A stretch of 64,000 nt of DNA from Pyrinomonadaceae bacterium (GTDB taxonomy: Bacteria > Acidobacteriota > Blastocatellia > Pyrinomonadales > Pyrinomonadaceae): contig JAUZFQ010000015.1 of the NCBI GenBank assembly GCA_030838445.1, forward strand, positions 11,001 to 75,000, written 5' to 3'. Below are positions 31,220 to 40,897 of this stretch, piece by piece. The stretch's first letter is position 1. Each line of letters starts with the position of its first letter. The position numbers were made by a program, and so were the translations under genes. The notes beneath the pieces were generated by a model that searched no databases, was not told the DNA's origin, and saw only the letters and a list, made by a program, of their open reading frames with translations.

Positions 31220-34200
31220 CTATTCCACACGCACGCGGTCACTGCCGCCGCGCCCGAAGGTTTCGGGAGAGTACATCTCTTCGGCCTTCGCGGGCGGCAC
31301 GACGAAGAGGCCGGGCGTCGTCGCACGCGCGAAGTAGCTGTACTCATGCACCCCTTCCCACAACAGCGACGTGAAGGCTTCGACGCGCTCGTCGCGCAAA
31401 TTCTGGTGCTCGTACCACCTGCTGCGCCCGTACCAGTAGAAATCATAGATGCCTTGACCGCCGCGATTGACGCTCGACTCGGTTGATTCCGGGGGCAGTT
31501 GCTCGGTGGTGGCGAGCGCGCTATTTAACGCTTCGAGACCGGCGGGCAGCGGGTCAACGAGCGCGACGTGGTAACGCCGCGCCGGGTTCGACATCGTGAG
31601 CCTGACGCGCACGCGCGCGCCCGCCTTGATGCGCCAAGTGCCGTCTGCGTCGCGCCGCACGTCGGCCGGATCGTCGAGCGCCTCGTATTTGCGTTCGACG
31701 CGGAAGCCGTAATCGGCGGCGGCGAGTGTCAGGTTCGCGGGCGCGTACTTCGTCCCGATGCGGAAGTAGAGCCGCCCCGCGCCTTCTTTGCCGATGGTCA
31801 GGTTGACGGGCGCGGCCGTCGTGCGTTCGACGAGAGTGGACATGGGCAGGTTGAGTTGTTGCCGATCAACCGAACGTCCCTTGAACGCCTGCTCGCCCGC
31901 GTAACCGCCGCCGAGCCACACGCGCGCGACGAAATCGGGCGTCGTGCGCTCGTAGGTGTTGAAGTAACGGTCGAGCGCGAGCAGGATGAAAACGTTCTCC
32001 TGCGTGTTAGACCAGCGCCCACGCTTGCGTTGCGAGAGCAGCCCGCGCACGAGTTTGGGGATGAGGTCGCTCTGTGGTTGGTCGCCGATGAGGGCTTCGA
32101 GGATCACGCCGTCGGCGCGCCTGTCGGAATGGAGAATGGTGTACTCGCCGTCGCTGTAGGCATCAGCGAAATGCGCCGCGCCCGCCGTCTCGGTGACGCG
32201 GTTGTTGAGGTGGCGCAGGATGGCCGCACGCTCATTCACGGAGGCGTTATCGGCCGCAGAGAGCACGGGCAGCAGCCAGCCGAGCGACTCGATGGAGAGC
32301 TTTTCGACGCCGCCCGCCTCTGCGATGAGTTTGCGCGCACGAGCGCCGTCGCGGTCTTTCATCAGCGCGCGCACGTAGAGCGCGTAAGCACGGATCGCGC
32401 GTTTCGACTCGATGCTGTACTCACGCGGAATCTTGCTCTCGATGTCGCGCAGGTAACTTTGCGACTTGCTCAACATCTCGGCGGGCACGGCGAAGCCCTT
32501 GCTCTCTGCGCGCACCAGCGCGTGCGCGACGTGGATGGAGACGTATGGGACGGAAGCGTTGCCGCGTCGCCAGAAGTCGAAGCCGCCGTCTTCGTTTTGC
32601 AGCCCTTGCAGGCGTTTGAGATCAACGCTCATCGAGTCGCGCATGGCCTGCGGCGTGGGGAGGTCTTTCGCCTTGAAGGCGGTGAGCACGTCTTTGAGCG
32701 CGGCGAGCGCGAGGACGCGCGAAGAGACCTGCTCGGCGCACTCGTAAGGATAGTTGACGAGGTAGATCACGGCGTCGGTTAGTTCCTGCAACTGCGTCGA
32801 GGCGGTCGTCACTTCGAGGCCGCCGAAAGTCTGGACGACTCCGGCCGGAGCTTTGACGGGTTGCGAGATCGCGCCCGTGTCAATCACGCCGTAGGTGGCG
32901 AAGGCTTCGGTCGTGGCGGGCGTGTAGACTGGGAACGCGACGAAGGCGGCGTCGGCCTTGTCGCCCGCGGCGGCGGCGATTTGAAAACGCGCCATGCCGG
33001 GTTTGACCGCCGCGATGGGGAAGCGAACTTCGACCCGGTTGTTGGCGGGCACTCGCACGCGACGACCCGCGCCTTCCGTCAGGTCGGCGTTTGATGAACG
33101 CACGGCGACGGCGACGCTCATCGCCGCGTCGGTCTGATTTTGCAGGATGACGGGGAGTTCCGCGCGGTCGCCGAAGTTGAGAAAGCGCGGCGCGGAGGGG
33201 CGCGCCATGAGCGGCTGGCGGGCGGTGATGCTTGATTCGCCCGCGCCGAATTGTTTGCCGCCCGCGACCGAGACGGCCATGATGCGATAGCGCGTCAGGT
33301 TGTCGGGCAGTTTAACTTTCACTTGCACGCGCCCGTTCGCGTCGGTCGGGAGCGACGCGGCGAAGACGGCGAGGGCGTTAAAGTTTTGACGAAGCTGGAT
33401 CATATTCTCCGCCTCTGACGGCATGCCTTCGGGCATGGGCGTGGGGGCGGGCGGCGGCGCGGCAGATACTTCAACAGTCTCCGGCGCGGCGGCAATTATA
33501 TACATTGCATCACGCGCGCCCAGCGGCAACTGCATGACTTTGCTCGATACGATGCCCCGGCTTCTCTGTGCAACGCCGCCCGCGCCGCCGCCTGAGTCGT
33601 ACACCATCTTCTCTTTGACCTCGGCGGGGTTTGCCAGCTTCAGCAACGCGCGCGAATGATAGTCGTTCACGTCTTCGTCCCGCCGCGCGTAGAACACGCC
33701 GAGCGGGTCGGCGAGACTGTAAGCGGTCAGCGCGAGCACGGATTCGTCAACCACGACGACCGCCGTGTCCGTGCCTTCGACGGAGCGGCCTGCGGCGTCT
33801 TTCACTTCGACGTCAACGAACGTCTCCGCCCCCGGTTCGAGCACCGACTCGCGCGGCGTGGCCTTGACGCTCAGCCGACGCGACGCGGGCGGGATGTCCA
33901 GATTGATTTCACCCGTCGCGTAAGCCGGGCGCTTTGGAACGTTCGCCATCTCGACGCCCGCGTCGTCTACGCGCGTCGCCGCGCCGACGAGATCAACCTG
34001 CACGTTGACGTTCGGCGTCATCGCCTCTTCAAGTGGGATGCGCAGCGTGTGGGAACTCTCGTTCATCGTGAAGCGTTCGGTGCGGAGCAGGCCCGAACGC
34101 CTGAGCGTCAAGACGCCCTCGGCCGGGACGAACGGCGACTGCACGAGAATCTCCGCCGTCTCACCGCCACGATAACTTTTCCGGTCGGGGATGAGTTCGA

Positions 34201-37200
34201 CCCGCTCCTGCGTGACCGTGCGTTGCGGCGGCGTCTTCCCGCCCGCGACCCACAGCGACAACTCGCTCTCGTTCAAACGCTCGCGCTCGTCGCGCACGCG
34301 CGCCCACAGGCGATACACGCCGCCTTCCTTCGCCTGAAAACGCACGCGCACGGCCTCCCCGCCGCTCTTGATATTTTGCTCCTGCGCGTCCTGTTCCCGC
34401 TGCTGCCACGTACCTTTCTCGTAAACGTATTCGAGACGCACGAGACGCAAACTCACGTCGCGGTTAGAGAGCGCGCGACCGTCAAGGTCGGTGACGATTG
34501 TTTCGATGTCGAAGACCTGACCCTTCTGGACGAACGTTCGCGCCGAACGTAGGCCGACGTAAACGTCCGCCGGGTGGACAAGCATCGTCGTCGTCGCGGC
34601 AAACGTCTGGCGGTTGACGTCCTGCACGCGCGCCTCTGCGGTGACGCTCGACGGCCGTGCCGGTTGCACCCCGTCAAAATCTATCCGCAGCGTGTGCTTG
34701 CCGTCGGCGTCCGTGCGCCCTTTGAAGAATTGCGTGTTCCCGCCGCCGTCATACCGTTCGCTGCGCCACCACGGATAGAACGTCCCGAACGTGTAGTCGT
34801 CTCGCCCCGGCGGCGTGTAGTTTGTCGGCCGCGACGAGACAGTCCAGTTAACTTCCGTGTCGGGCAGGCCGCCGCCCGCGAAATAGGCCGCGGTGCTGGT
34901 TGCCGTCGCGAACGACCCGACGAAGTGTGGGGCTTCCGAAGCGCGCGCCGTCAGCTTGAATTCGGGGCGACGAAATTCCTGCACCTGAAACTGGTGCGTG
35001 TGCTGGCTGCCGCTATCCGTGAGTTCAAAGGAGAGGTTTGTGCCGCCGAGATTCATCGTCGCGGGCAGTTGCAATTTCAGGTTGAACCCGGCGAGGGCAT
35101 TCAGCTTCACGCTGCCCTTCGTGATCTCGTTGCCCTGCGCATCTCTCAACACGTAGTTGGCAACGTCGCCCGCCGACGGCGCAAACATCTCCGTGTCGCC
35201 CGTCGCGGTTAAGTTGATTTTACGAATCCAGCCTTTGACGTTCACCTCTTCGCCGGGGCGGTACAGCTTGCGGTCGTCGAAGACGTACCAGCGCAGGGTG
35301 TCGCTCGAATCGGCGCGACGCCAACTGAGGTTCTCGCGCGGGGCGTAGTAGTTTGGGTAGTAATACTGGGGCAGGATCGCGACGTCGTCGCCGCGCCGCG
35401 CGACGAGCAACGCACCCTCGTCCTTCTTCGGATCGGGCGCGGCCGTGAAGGGGAATTGCGCGAGGCCGTCCGCCCCGGTCGTGCCCGTGAGGTTGTCGGG
35501 CGAGACGGTCAACTCCACCCCGGCCAGCGGCTTTCCATCCGCGAGCGAGTTAGCCCACGCGACGAGTTCATGTTTGTCGGCAAACGCGTCCAGCCCGATC
35601 CCGGTCGCCTGCACCCACGCTTCGGCGTAGTTCTGCCGGTAGGCGTTCGGGTTCACACGCGGATTGCGTTCGGGCGCGCTCCCGGCGGGTTCGACGCGGA
35701 CGAAAACTTGCCCGTACCCGTTCGTTAGGGCGGGCGAGAGATCAATCGAGGTCTCTGCTAGTTCGTCCGCGGCGGCTTTAACTTCGATCACTTCGTCGGA
35801 GACAAGTTTGCCCGGCGGCGTCGGCACGACATTCTGGCGCGTGCGCACGCCCTGATAGCGGCGAAACTCCGGCCAGTCGGCGGGCGTGACCCGGTAGAGA
35901 GTGACCTTGAGCTTCGGGTAGTTGACGCTGTAGACCGTGAAGGCGCGCCGCCCCGCCGGGTCGAGCACGGCGAAGCCCGCCCCGGTGGCGAAGAGACGCG
36001 GCGCAGCGGTGTTGACCTTGAAGGTGAAAACGTTCTCGCCCGTGAGCGTCTGCCCGAACGTGTCGGAGATGGAGCGGTCGAGCGTGACGGTGTAGGTCGT
36101 GTTGCTGCGCTTCGCGCCTTCGATGTAGATCGAGTTGTAGCGACCGCTGATTTTCACGCCCGGAATGTCGGGCTTGATCGTGACCTGCGCAGCGCTGAAT
36201 TTCGCCTCGTCCAGTTGGTTGTTGAACGTGAGGCGCAACCCGTCGAAGGGCGAGCACCTCTGCTCGTAGCCGCACGCGGCCTCGATGACGCGCAACGCGC
36301 CGTAAGTCCTGAAGGCGAAGCTCTGCTCTTTGACGGTCGTGCGCGGGCCTTCGGCGGAGGGCGTGCCGGGCGAGACGACGATCTTGATATTCGTGTCGGG
36401 AGGGAGCGCGTCTTTCGTCGCCCCGTTTGCGCCCACGGCACGCAAGGCGAGCCAGCGTCCCGCCTGCGCCTGCTTGCTGAAATAACCGACCGACGGATCA
36501 GCCGCGATCTCTTCTTGCGTCGCAAGGCGCAGTCGCGCGCCGATGTTGACGGGTTGCAGCTTGATGAGTTCGAGCACGCGCGCGGCATCAACGTTCTGAT
36601 CGAACTCAATGAACATCAACGCGTCGCGCGATTGACTCTGACCCTGCGGGTAAAAAGTTTTCACCGTCGGGGGCGGCGTGGCGAAACTAAAAGTTTTAGT
36701 TTCCGCAAGCGCGTTGCCGAGCGCGGATTTCGTCCCGGCGGGAACGGTGACGGTGTAGTCGGTCGCCATCGGCAGCCTGCCGCCTTCAACACGCGGTTGG
36801 AACGTGAGTGTCTGCGCGCCGAGCCAACGCCATGCGCCCTCCGGCTGCGGCGTCATCCTGACGGGGACGCTCGTCGCCGCTTCTTCCTGCGATGAGACCG
36901 CGACCATCGGTTGTGAAAACGTGATGCTGAACGCTGGGGCTAACGTGACTTCGCCTTCCGGCGCGAAGCGCAGGACTGCGAGCGGCGTGTGCGCGTGAGG
37001 CGAGACGGGCGGCGCGTTCGGGGGCGGCGGGGCGAACGCCGCCTGAATAATTTCCCCCGCGCGGGGCGGCGGCAATGAACGCTCGCGGAGTTTGAAATCC
37101 TGCGCGTCGTTCGCCTCCGGCGCGAGATTAGGCAAACGGTCGAGCAACTTTTTAGTCTCCGCCGCGGACAAAACTTCGGCGGGCGCGAGCGGATCGGACG

Positions 37201-37378
37201 CGGGGCGTTCGGCCTGTTCCCTGCCCTCGCTCAGCCGGAAACGCAGCCCGTTTTGCGCCACCGTCTCCCCCGCCTCCTGCCCGTTCCCCTCCGCAGCGAC
37301 GCCCACAGGTGGCGGGGCGAGGAGCGCGAAAATGATCGTCAAAGTCAACAGGCGTGTCGGCGCGTGCTTGATTTTCAT
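31220..37378 (-). CDS. Bacterial alpha-2-macroglobulin family protein (2052 aa) with thioester motif
   Basis: Signal peptide, repeated MG (macroglobulin) beta-sandwich regions, and thioester-region sequence VNYPYECAEQVSSRVLALAAL (CAEQ at 32729-32740). Confidence 0.9.
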   Translation of the reverse strand: MKIKHAPTRLLTLTIIFALLAPPPVGVAAEGNGQEAGETVAQNGLRFRLSEGREQAERPASDPLAPAEVLSAAETKKLLDRLPNLAPEANDAQDFKLRERSLPPPRAGEIIQAAFAPPPPNAPPVSPHAHTPLAVLRFAPEGEVTLAPAFSITFSQPMVAVSSQEEAATSVPVRMTPQPEGAWRWLGAQTLTFQPRVEGGRLPMATDYTVTVPAGTKSALGNALAETKTFSFATPPPTVKTFYPQGQSQSRDALMFIEFDQNVDAARVLELIKLQPVNIGARLRLATQEEIAADPSVGYFSKQAQAGRWLALRAVGANGATKDALPPDTNIKIVVSPGTPSAEGPRTTVKEQSFAFRTYGALRVIEAACGYEQRCSPFDGLRLTFNNQLDEAKFSAAQVTIKPDIPGVKISGRYNSIYIEGAKRSNTTYTVTLDRSISDTFGQTLTGENVFTFKVNTAAPRLFATGAGFAVLDPAGRRAFTVYSVNYPKLKVTLYRVTPADWPEFRRYQGVRTRQNVVPTPPGKLVSDEVIEVKAAADELAETSIDLSPALTNGYGQVFVRVEPAGSAPERNPRVNPNAYRQNYAEAWVQATGIGLDAFADKHELVAWANSLADGKPLAGVELTVSPDNLTGTTGADGLAQFPFTAAPDPKKDEGALLVARRGDDVAILPQYYYPNYYAPRENLSWRRADSSDTLRWYVFDDRKLYRPGEEVNVKGWIRKINLTATGDTEMFAPSAGDVANYVLRDAQGNEITKGSVKLNALAGFNLKLQLPATMNLGGTNLSFELTDSGSQHTHQFQVQEFRRPEFKLTARASEAPHFVGSFATATSTAAYFAGGGLPDTEVNWTVSSRPTNYTPPGRDDYTFGTFYPWWRSERYDGGGNTQFFKGRTDADGKHTLRIDFDGVQPARPSSVTAEARVQDVNRQTFAATTTMLVHPADVYVGLRSARTFVQKGQVFDIETIVTDLDGRALSNRDVSLRLVRLEYVYEKGTWQQREQDAQEQNIKSGGEAVRVRFQAKEGGVYRLWARVRDERERLNESELSLWVAGGKTPPQRTVTQERVELIPDRKSYRGGETAEILVQSPFVPAEGVLTLRRSGLLRTERFTMNESSHTLRIPLEEAMTPNVNVQVDLVGAATRVDDAGVEMANVPKRPAYATGEINLDIPPASRRLSVKATPRESVLEPGAETFVDVEVKDAAGRSVEGTDTAVVVVDESVLALTAYSLADPLGVFYARRDEDVNDYHSRALLKLANPAEVKEKMVYDSGGGAGGVAQRSRGIVSSKVMQLPLGARDAMYIIAAAPETVEVSAAPPPAPTPMPEGMPSEAENMIQLRQNFNALAVFAASLPTDANGRVQVKVKLPDNLTRYRIMAVSVAGGKQFGAGESSITARQPLMARPSAPRFLNFGDRAELPVILQNQTDAAMSVAVAVRSSNADLTEGAGRRVRVPANNRVEVRFPIAAVKPGMARFQIAAAAGDKADAAFVAFPVYTPATTEAFATYGVIDTGAISQPVKAPAGVVQTFGGLEVTTASTQLQELTDAVIYLVNYPYECAEQVSSRVLALAALKDVLTAFKAKDLPTPQAMRDSMSVDLKRLQGLQNEDGGFDFWRRGNASVPYVSIHVAHALVRAESKGFAVPAEMLSKSQSYLRDIESKIPREYSIESKRAIRAYALYVRALMKDRDGARARKLIAEAGGVEKLSIESLGWLLPVLSAADNASVNERAAILRHLNNRVTETAGAAHFADAYSDGEYTILHSDRRADGVILEALIGDQPQSDLIPKLVRGLLSQRKRGRWSNTQENVFILLALDRYFNTYERTTPDFVARVWLGGGYAGEQAFKGRSVDRQQLNLPMSTLVERTTAAPVNLTIGKEGAGRLYFRIGTKYAPANLTLAAADYGFRVERKYEALDDPADVRRDADGTWRIKAGARVRVRLTMSNPARRYHVALVDPLPAGLEALNSALATTEQLPPESTESSVNRGGQGIYDFYWYGRSRWYEHQNLRDERVEAFTSLLWEGVHEYSYFARATTPGLFVVPPAKAEEMYSPETFGRGGSDRVRVE

Positions 37379-37735
37379 GCGAGTTAATTGCCTTTGTTTG
37401 CTTTATAACTGTGGTTGTCGCGCGCGATTGGGAGCACCGGATGAACGCGCCGACGCCAATATTCTTGCGCGGGTCGTGTTGCCAAGATTATTTCGAGGCG
37501 CGAAAAATCGTTGGCTTATTTCTATGACATTGAGACACGAAAGAGGTTTAAGACGAACTTCGCCTGACTGCGTGCATTACGATCAGTTAAATTTTGAAAG
37601 GGCGAGAAGTTATTTTCCATGAACTGTCTCGGTGAGACGAGTTAAGAGAACTTGAGGGAGGGATAATACCCGAAAGACTATTCCTGCAACACTGCCGACT
37701 TGAACTCTCGACCTTGGGGTTATCAATTCAAGTCT

Positions 37736-38761
37736 TTAATCACTCCACCTTTTAGCCACTTCCCCGCTATAGAGGTCTCTTTTCACGGCGATTCGCTGTA
37801 CGTACACGCGCGTCGTCGAACGATTCTGATGATCCAGCGCGTTCTGCGTCGCCGTAATGTCGCCCGTAAATTCCGAGACGATGCGCGCGAAGGTGTGCCT
37901 CGTTCGGTGCAAGTGGAAACCTTCGATGCCAGCCTCCCTCGCATACTTCTTCAGATTCTTGACGAAGCAGTGCGAAGTCAACGCCTCGCCCGGCTTCCCC
38001 GCCCGGTCATGCCTTGTCCACAATGGGGCGTCCGACTTGAGCGCGTGCTCCCTCCCGGCCGCCGCGAGATAGTCGATCAGTGCCTCGCCGACCTGTGGCT
38101 CCTTCACCTCCCTACTCCTGTAGTCGCCGCCCTTCGCTCTGTACTCCAGCACGAGCGTTTCGCCCACCCGCACGTCTTTACCCCGTAGTGAGATGGCCTC
38201 GTTCCTCCGCAGCCCCGTCGCCAAGTAAAGGAGCAGCAGCGCGTAGTCTCTTTTCCCCACGATGCCGCCCTCCTTTGAACGTGCCCTTACCGCTCCGATC
38301 AGTTTCCTCACTTCCTCATCCGACAGGGCTTTGACCGACTCAGTCTGGTAAGGCTTGGGCGCTTTGGGGCGGGCGACTCGCGCGGGGTTGCGTCGGACGT
38401 ACTGCCCGACCTCCGGGTCTTTCATCGCCCAAGAGTAGAAGGAAGAAAGCAGGCAGGCATGCTGGTAGACCGTCCCCACGCTAATTCCCTTCCTTTCTAG
38501 CTCCCGCAGCCAACCCTGCACGTCCCCCGGCTCAACCTCACCGGGCAGTTTCCCGATATAACGAAAGAAGGAGAGGACGATGCGCTGCTTGTCCCTGAGA
38601 AGGTCTTGGCGTCGCTCGCTCTCGCCCGTCGTAGCAGACGCCCAGAGCGAGACCGCGCCCTGTAAGACGACTTGGAGGCTTGCTGCTGCCGGAATGAGGG
38701 CTGTTTGGGGCTGTTCAGAGTCCATTTTCGGACTATAACATGAAAATCTGGATGGGTACAC
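37736..38761 (-). CDS. Tyrosine recombinase / phage-type integrase
   Basis: N-terminal SAM-like core-binding domain. Catalytic residues sit in GLRRNEAISL (Arg), HLHRTRHTFA (HxxR) and STTRVYV (Tyr). Confidence 0.9.
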   Translation of the reverse strand: MYPSRFSCYSPKMDSEQPQTALIPAAASLQVVLQGAVSLWASATTGESERRQDLLRDKQRIVLSFFRYIGKLPGEVEPGDVQGWLRELERKGISVGTVYQHACLLSSFYSWAMKDPEVGQYVRRNPARVARPKAPKPYQTESVKALSDEEVRKLIGAVRARSKEGGIVGKRDYALLLLYLATGLRRNEAISLRGKDVRVGETLVLEYRAKGGDYRSREVKEPQVGEALIDYLAAAGREHALKSDAPLWTRHDRAGKPGEALTSHCFVKNLKKYAREAGIEGFHLHRTRHTFARIVSEFTGDITATQNALDHQNRSTTRVYVQRIAVKRDLYSGEVAKRWSD

Positions 38762-38871
38762 AACTGATGCGTTTGTGTATACAACGTAAGAATTTAATAT
38801 AAATTTACTTATCCTAAGTGTAAAATGGCCGCTCGTGTAACATCATTTCTATCCGCGATTATTATCAGACA

Positions 38872-39657
38872 TTGAGAGCCACAAGACGCCGACAGCGTAA
38901 ACCAGACCCGCTAGCCTCAGCACAGGCTGTCCGTTCTATCATCGGACACCTGCGTTCAGCACTGCCAGAGATCATCCCTCACAAAGACAAGGAGTTGATT
39001 CGACTGCTCCGCGCTGCCCGTCATATTCAGCGTTACCGCGCGACTGATACCAATCGTGGCCGCCCTGGCAAATGGAAGCGCGAGGAGTTACTTAGCGTAG
39101 TTGCACGACTGGAGCACATCCTTGACCGTGAAACATCTTCGCACATCTCCCTCGCGAGTTTCGTAGAGCATTATCTGCGGCTGCTCGATTTCCCTACCGA
39201 TGTGGTCGAGGTGCTCGAAAAGGGTGAGATTAATCTTTTCGAAGCCGAGCAGCTTGCGCGGGTCACTGCCGGACGGCTGGAAGTCACGTCCGGCCAAGCA
39301 AAGCGCACGCGTGGAGAACTTCTCTCCTCCCATTTGCAAACAAAGGCTTCCGGCGACCGGCTCCGGAAGCGGGTCAATGAACTGCTCCGCACTTCAATCG
39401 CAAACACAGGAGATGGCACAGTTGATATCCCTGCGGCTAATCCGGAGGATTTAGAGGACTTCGACCCTTATGACTCCACGCACCTGTTCTGGGAGCAACT
39501 CAAGCAACTGGGCTTCGCCTTCAGGGCGATCCGACGTGAGGATGTGACTGATGAGGAGATTGAAGAATTATTGAAAGCCAGCGAGCCAATCTTGGCGACT
39601 TTGAACAGAATCCAGCGCCGTCGAGAGCAGATGAAGTTTATCAAAGTGGAGTTGTAA
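38872..39657 (+). CDS. Hypothetical protein with ParB/KorB-like HTH segment (tentative)
   Basis: TTG start. The segment SLASFVEHYLRLLDFPTDVVEVLEKGEINLFEAEQLARV resembles the ParB HTH region. No ParB/Srx N-terminal GxxR motif was recognised. Confidence 0.4.
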   Translation: MRATRRRQRKPDPLASAQAVRSIIGHLRSALPEIIPHKDKELIRLLRAARHIQRYRATDTNRGRPGKWKREELLSVVARLEHILDRETSSHISLASFVEHYLRLLDFPTDVVEVLEKGEINLFEAEQLARVTAGRLEVTSGQAKRTRGELLSSHLQTKASGDRLRKRVNELLRTSIANTGDGTVDIPAANPEDLEDFDPYDSTHLFWEQLKQLGFAFRAIRREDVTDEEIEELLKASEPILATLNRIQRRREQMKFIKVEL

Positions 39658-39842
39658 TGGATGCCCGTTTAGTAAAGTATGTGAAAATTGGCTAAAAAGA
39701 GCCTCCTTTCAGTAAAATTTTGCAAATTTTGCAAATGTTCCAGGGACTAAGGCTCGCATTGTTTGGTGAATAAACTCCTTATCTTTTCCCCATCGTAAGC
39801 CAAGGTGTTTGATAGAATTTTTGAAAATTTACGGTGGAGCTA

Positions 39843-40889
39843 CTAATCACTTTTTGTCCGTAGTGTTTGGTGCGTGCAACGGGCTACGCCTTTGTCGGGG
39901 CCATTCGGGTACCACCAGCCGGTTGCGCCGCAATCAGGGCACTGTGAGGCGTCAATGGGCGGCTCGGAGGATGTTTCTGCGACGACCTGCTCTTCGAGTT
40001 GTTTCTTGTCGAGTTTCCATAATCTACGCCGGAGATGCTCGGTGAGAAACGCGGGCACGGATGAGACTGTGGTGCGGGCGGCCGCGATTTTGAGTTCTGC
40101 CGAGAGTAGTTCAAAGAGAGGCTCCCAAGCCTGATTGTTGGATTCTTTGCCCGTCAGTTCCCTTTCCGCCTCGCGGAGCGATTTGGCGAAAGCCTCATCA
40201 TCAAAAAATTTTTCTATAGTCTTAAAAGAAGTCTTAGGAGGGCTAGAAGTATCAGTGTTCTCAACAGATAGACCCCTGTCACCCCTGTCAGATTCTGACC
40301 CCTGTACCATGTGTAGATCTTGCACTGTCACACCCCTGTCACCCCTGTCACCCCTGTGCCCCTTCTCAATGCCCACCTCTTCCGGCAAATAAACGGTAAA
40401 AAGATTGCCGCCATGCTCCCCTCCCTTTTCTTCAACCGTAACCAGACCGGATAAAACGAGCCTCTGGAGATGCGCGCGGTAGGTGTGGCGGGTCATGCCG
40501 GCACCGCGCATCACTCTGTCTGTAGGAATACGTTCAGATCGTTTGGGGACGATAGCTCCACGCGTCTGTGAATAGAGATAATCGTAGAGCTGTTTACCTT
40601 TACCGGTAAAGAGTCCGGCCGGAATCGCGTCGCGCACGACGGAATTCGCCACGCGTGCGAAATCTCTTTTGGGTGCTGCGTCCCCTGTCACCCCTGTCAC
40701 AGGGGTGACAGGGGTGACAGATGTCACAGGGGTGACGTCTGTGACAGGGGTGACAGGGGTTGAAATCTCTTCGGGCTTGATTAGATCGTCGTGAGGCAAA
40801 CGCAACGCTGTCGGTACCATCAGGCCGAGCTTCTTTTTGGGCTGTGGGCTGCGTAAAGAGCTGGCAGGTTTGGGTTTAGTCTCTCCCAT
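39843..40889 (-). CDS. Putative replication-initiator-like winged-helix protein with C-terminal Cys cluster
   Basis: wHTH-like segment LYDYLYSQTRG...MTRHTYRAHLQRLVLSGLVTVEEKGGEHGGNLFTV, plus C-terminal CPDCGATGWW...ARCTH. It is the last gene of the xis-parA-rep operon and carries repeat arrays inside its coding sequence. Confidence 0.45.
   Translation of the reverse strand: MGETKPKPASSLRSPQPKKKLGLMVPTALRLPHDDLIKPEEISTPVTPVTDVTPVTSVTPVTPVTGVTGDAAPKRDFARVANSVVRDAIPAGLFTGKGKQLYDYLYSQTRGAIVPKRSERIPTDRVMRGAGMTRHTYRAHLQRLVLSGLVTVEEKGGEHGGNLFTVYLPEEVGIEKGHRGDRGDRGVTVQDLHMVQGSESDRGDRGLSVENTDTSSPPKTSFKTIEKFFDDEAFAKSLREAERELTGKESNNQAWEPLFELLSAELKIAAARTTVSSVPAFLTEHLRRRLWKLDKKQLEEQVVAETSSEPPIDASQCPDCGATGWWYPNGPDKGVARCTHQTLRTKSD
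40273..40357. repeat. Cluster of six CCCCTGT(C/A) iteron-like motifs (period 9 within sub-clusters)
   Basis: Motif copies at 40273, 40282, 40299, 40333, 40342 and 40351 (plus strand), all in the same orientation, inside the Rep-like ORF. Confidence 0.9.
40682..40759. repeat. 33-bp perfect palindrome plus a further run of the same 9-mer in inverted orientation
   Basis: CCCCTGTCACCCCTGT-c-ACAGGGGTGACAGGGG (40682-40714), followed by repeated (A)GGGGTGAC units up to 40759. On the coding strand this encodes VTPVT repeats. Confidence 0.9.
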
Positions 40890-40897
40890 TGATTACC

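Noticed and set aside
37690-37800. tRNA-like fragment (minus strand ...AAGGTCGAGAGTTCAAGTCGGCAG...) next to the integrase stop, suggesting a tRNA integration site.
   Set aside because: The TTCAAGT loop is not flanked by a complementary T-stem (GAGAG versus CGGCA). No acceptor or anticodon arms can be built, and most of the sequence is the integrase 3' coding region, so it is not a tRNA or a convincing tRNA remnant.
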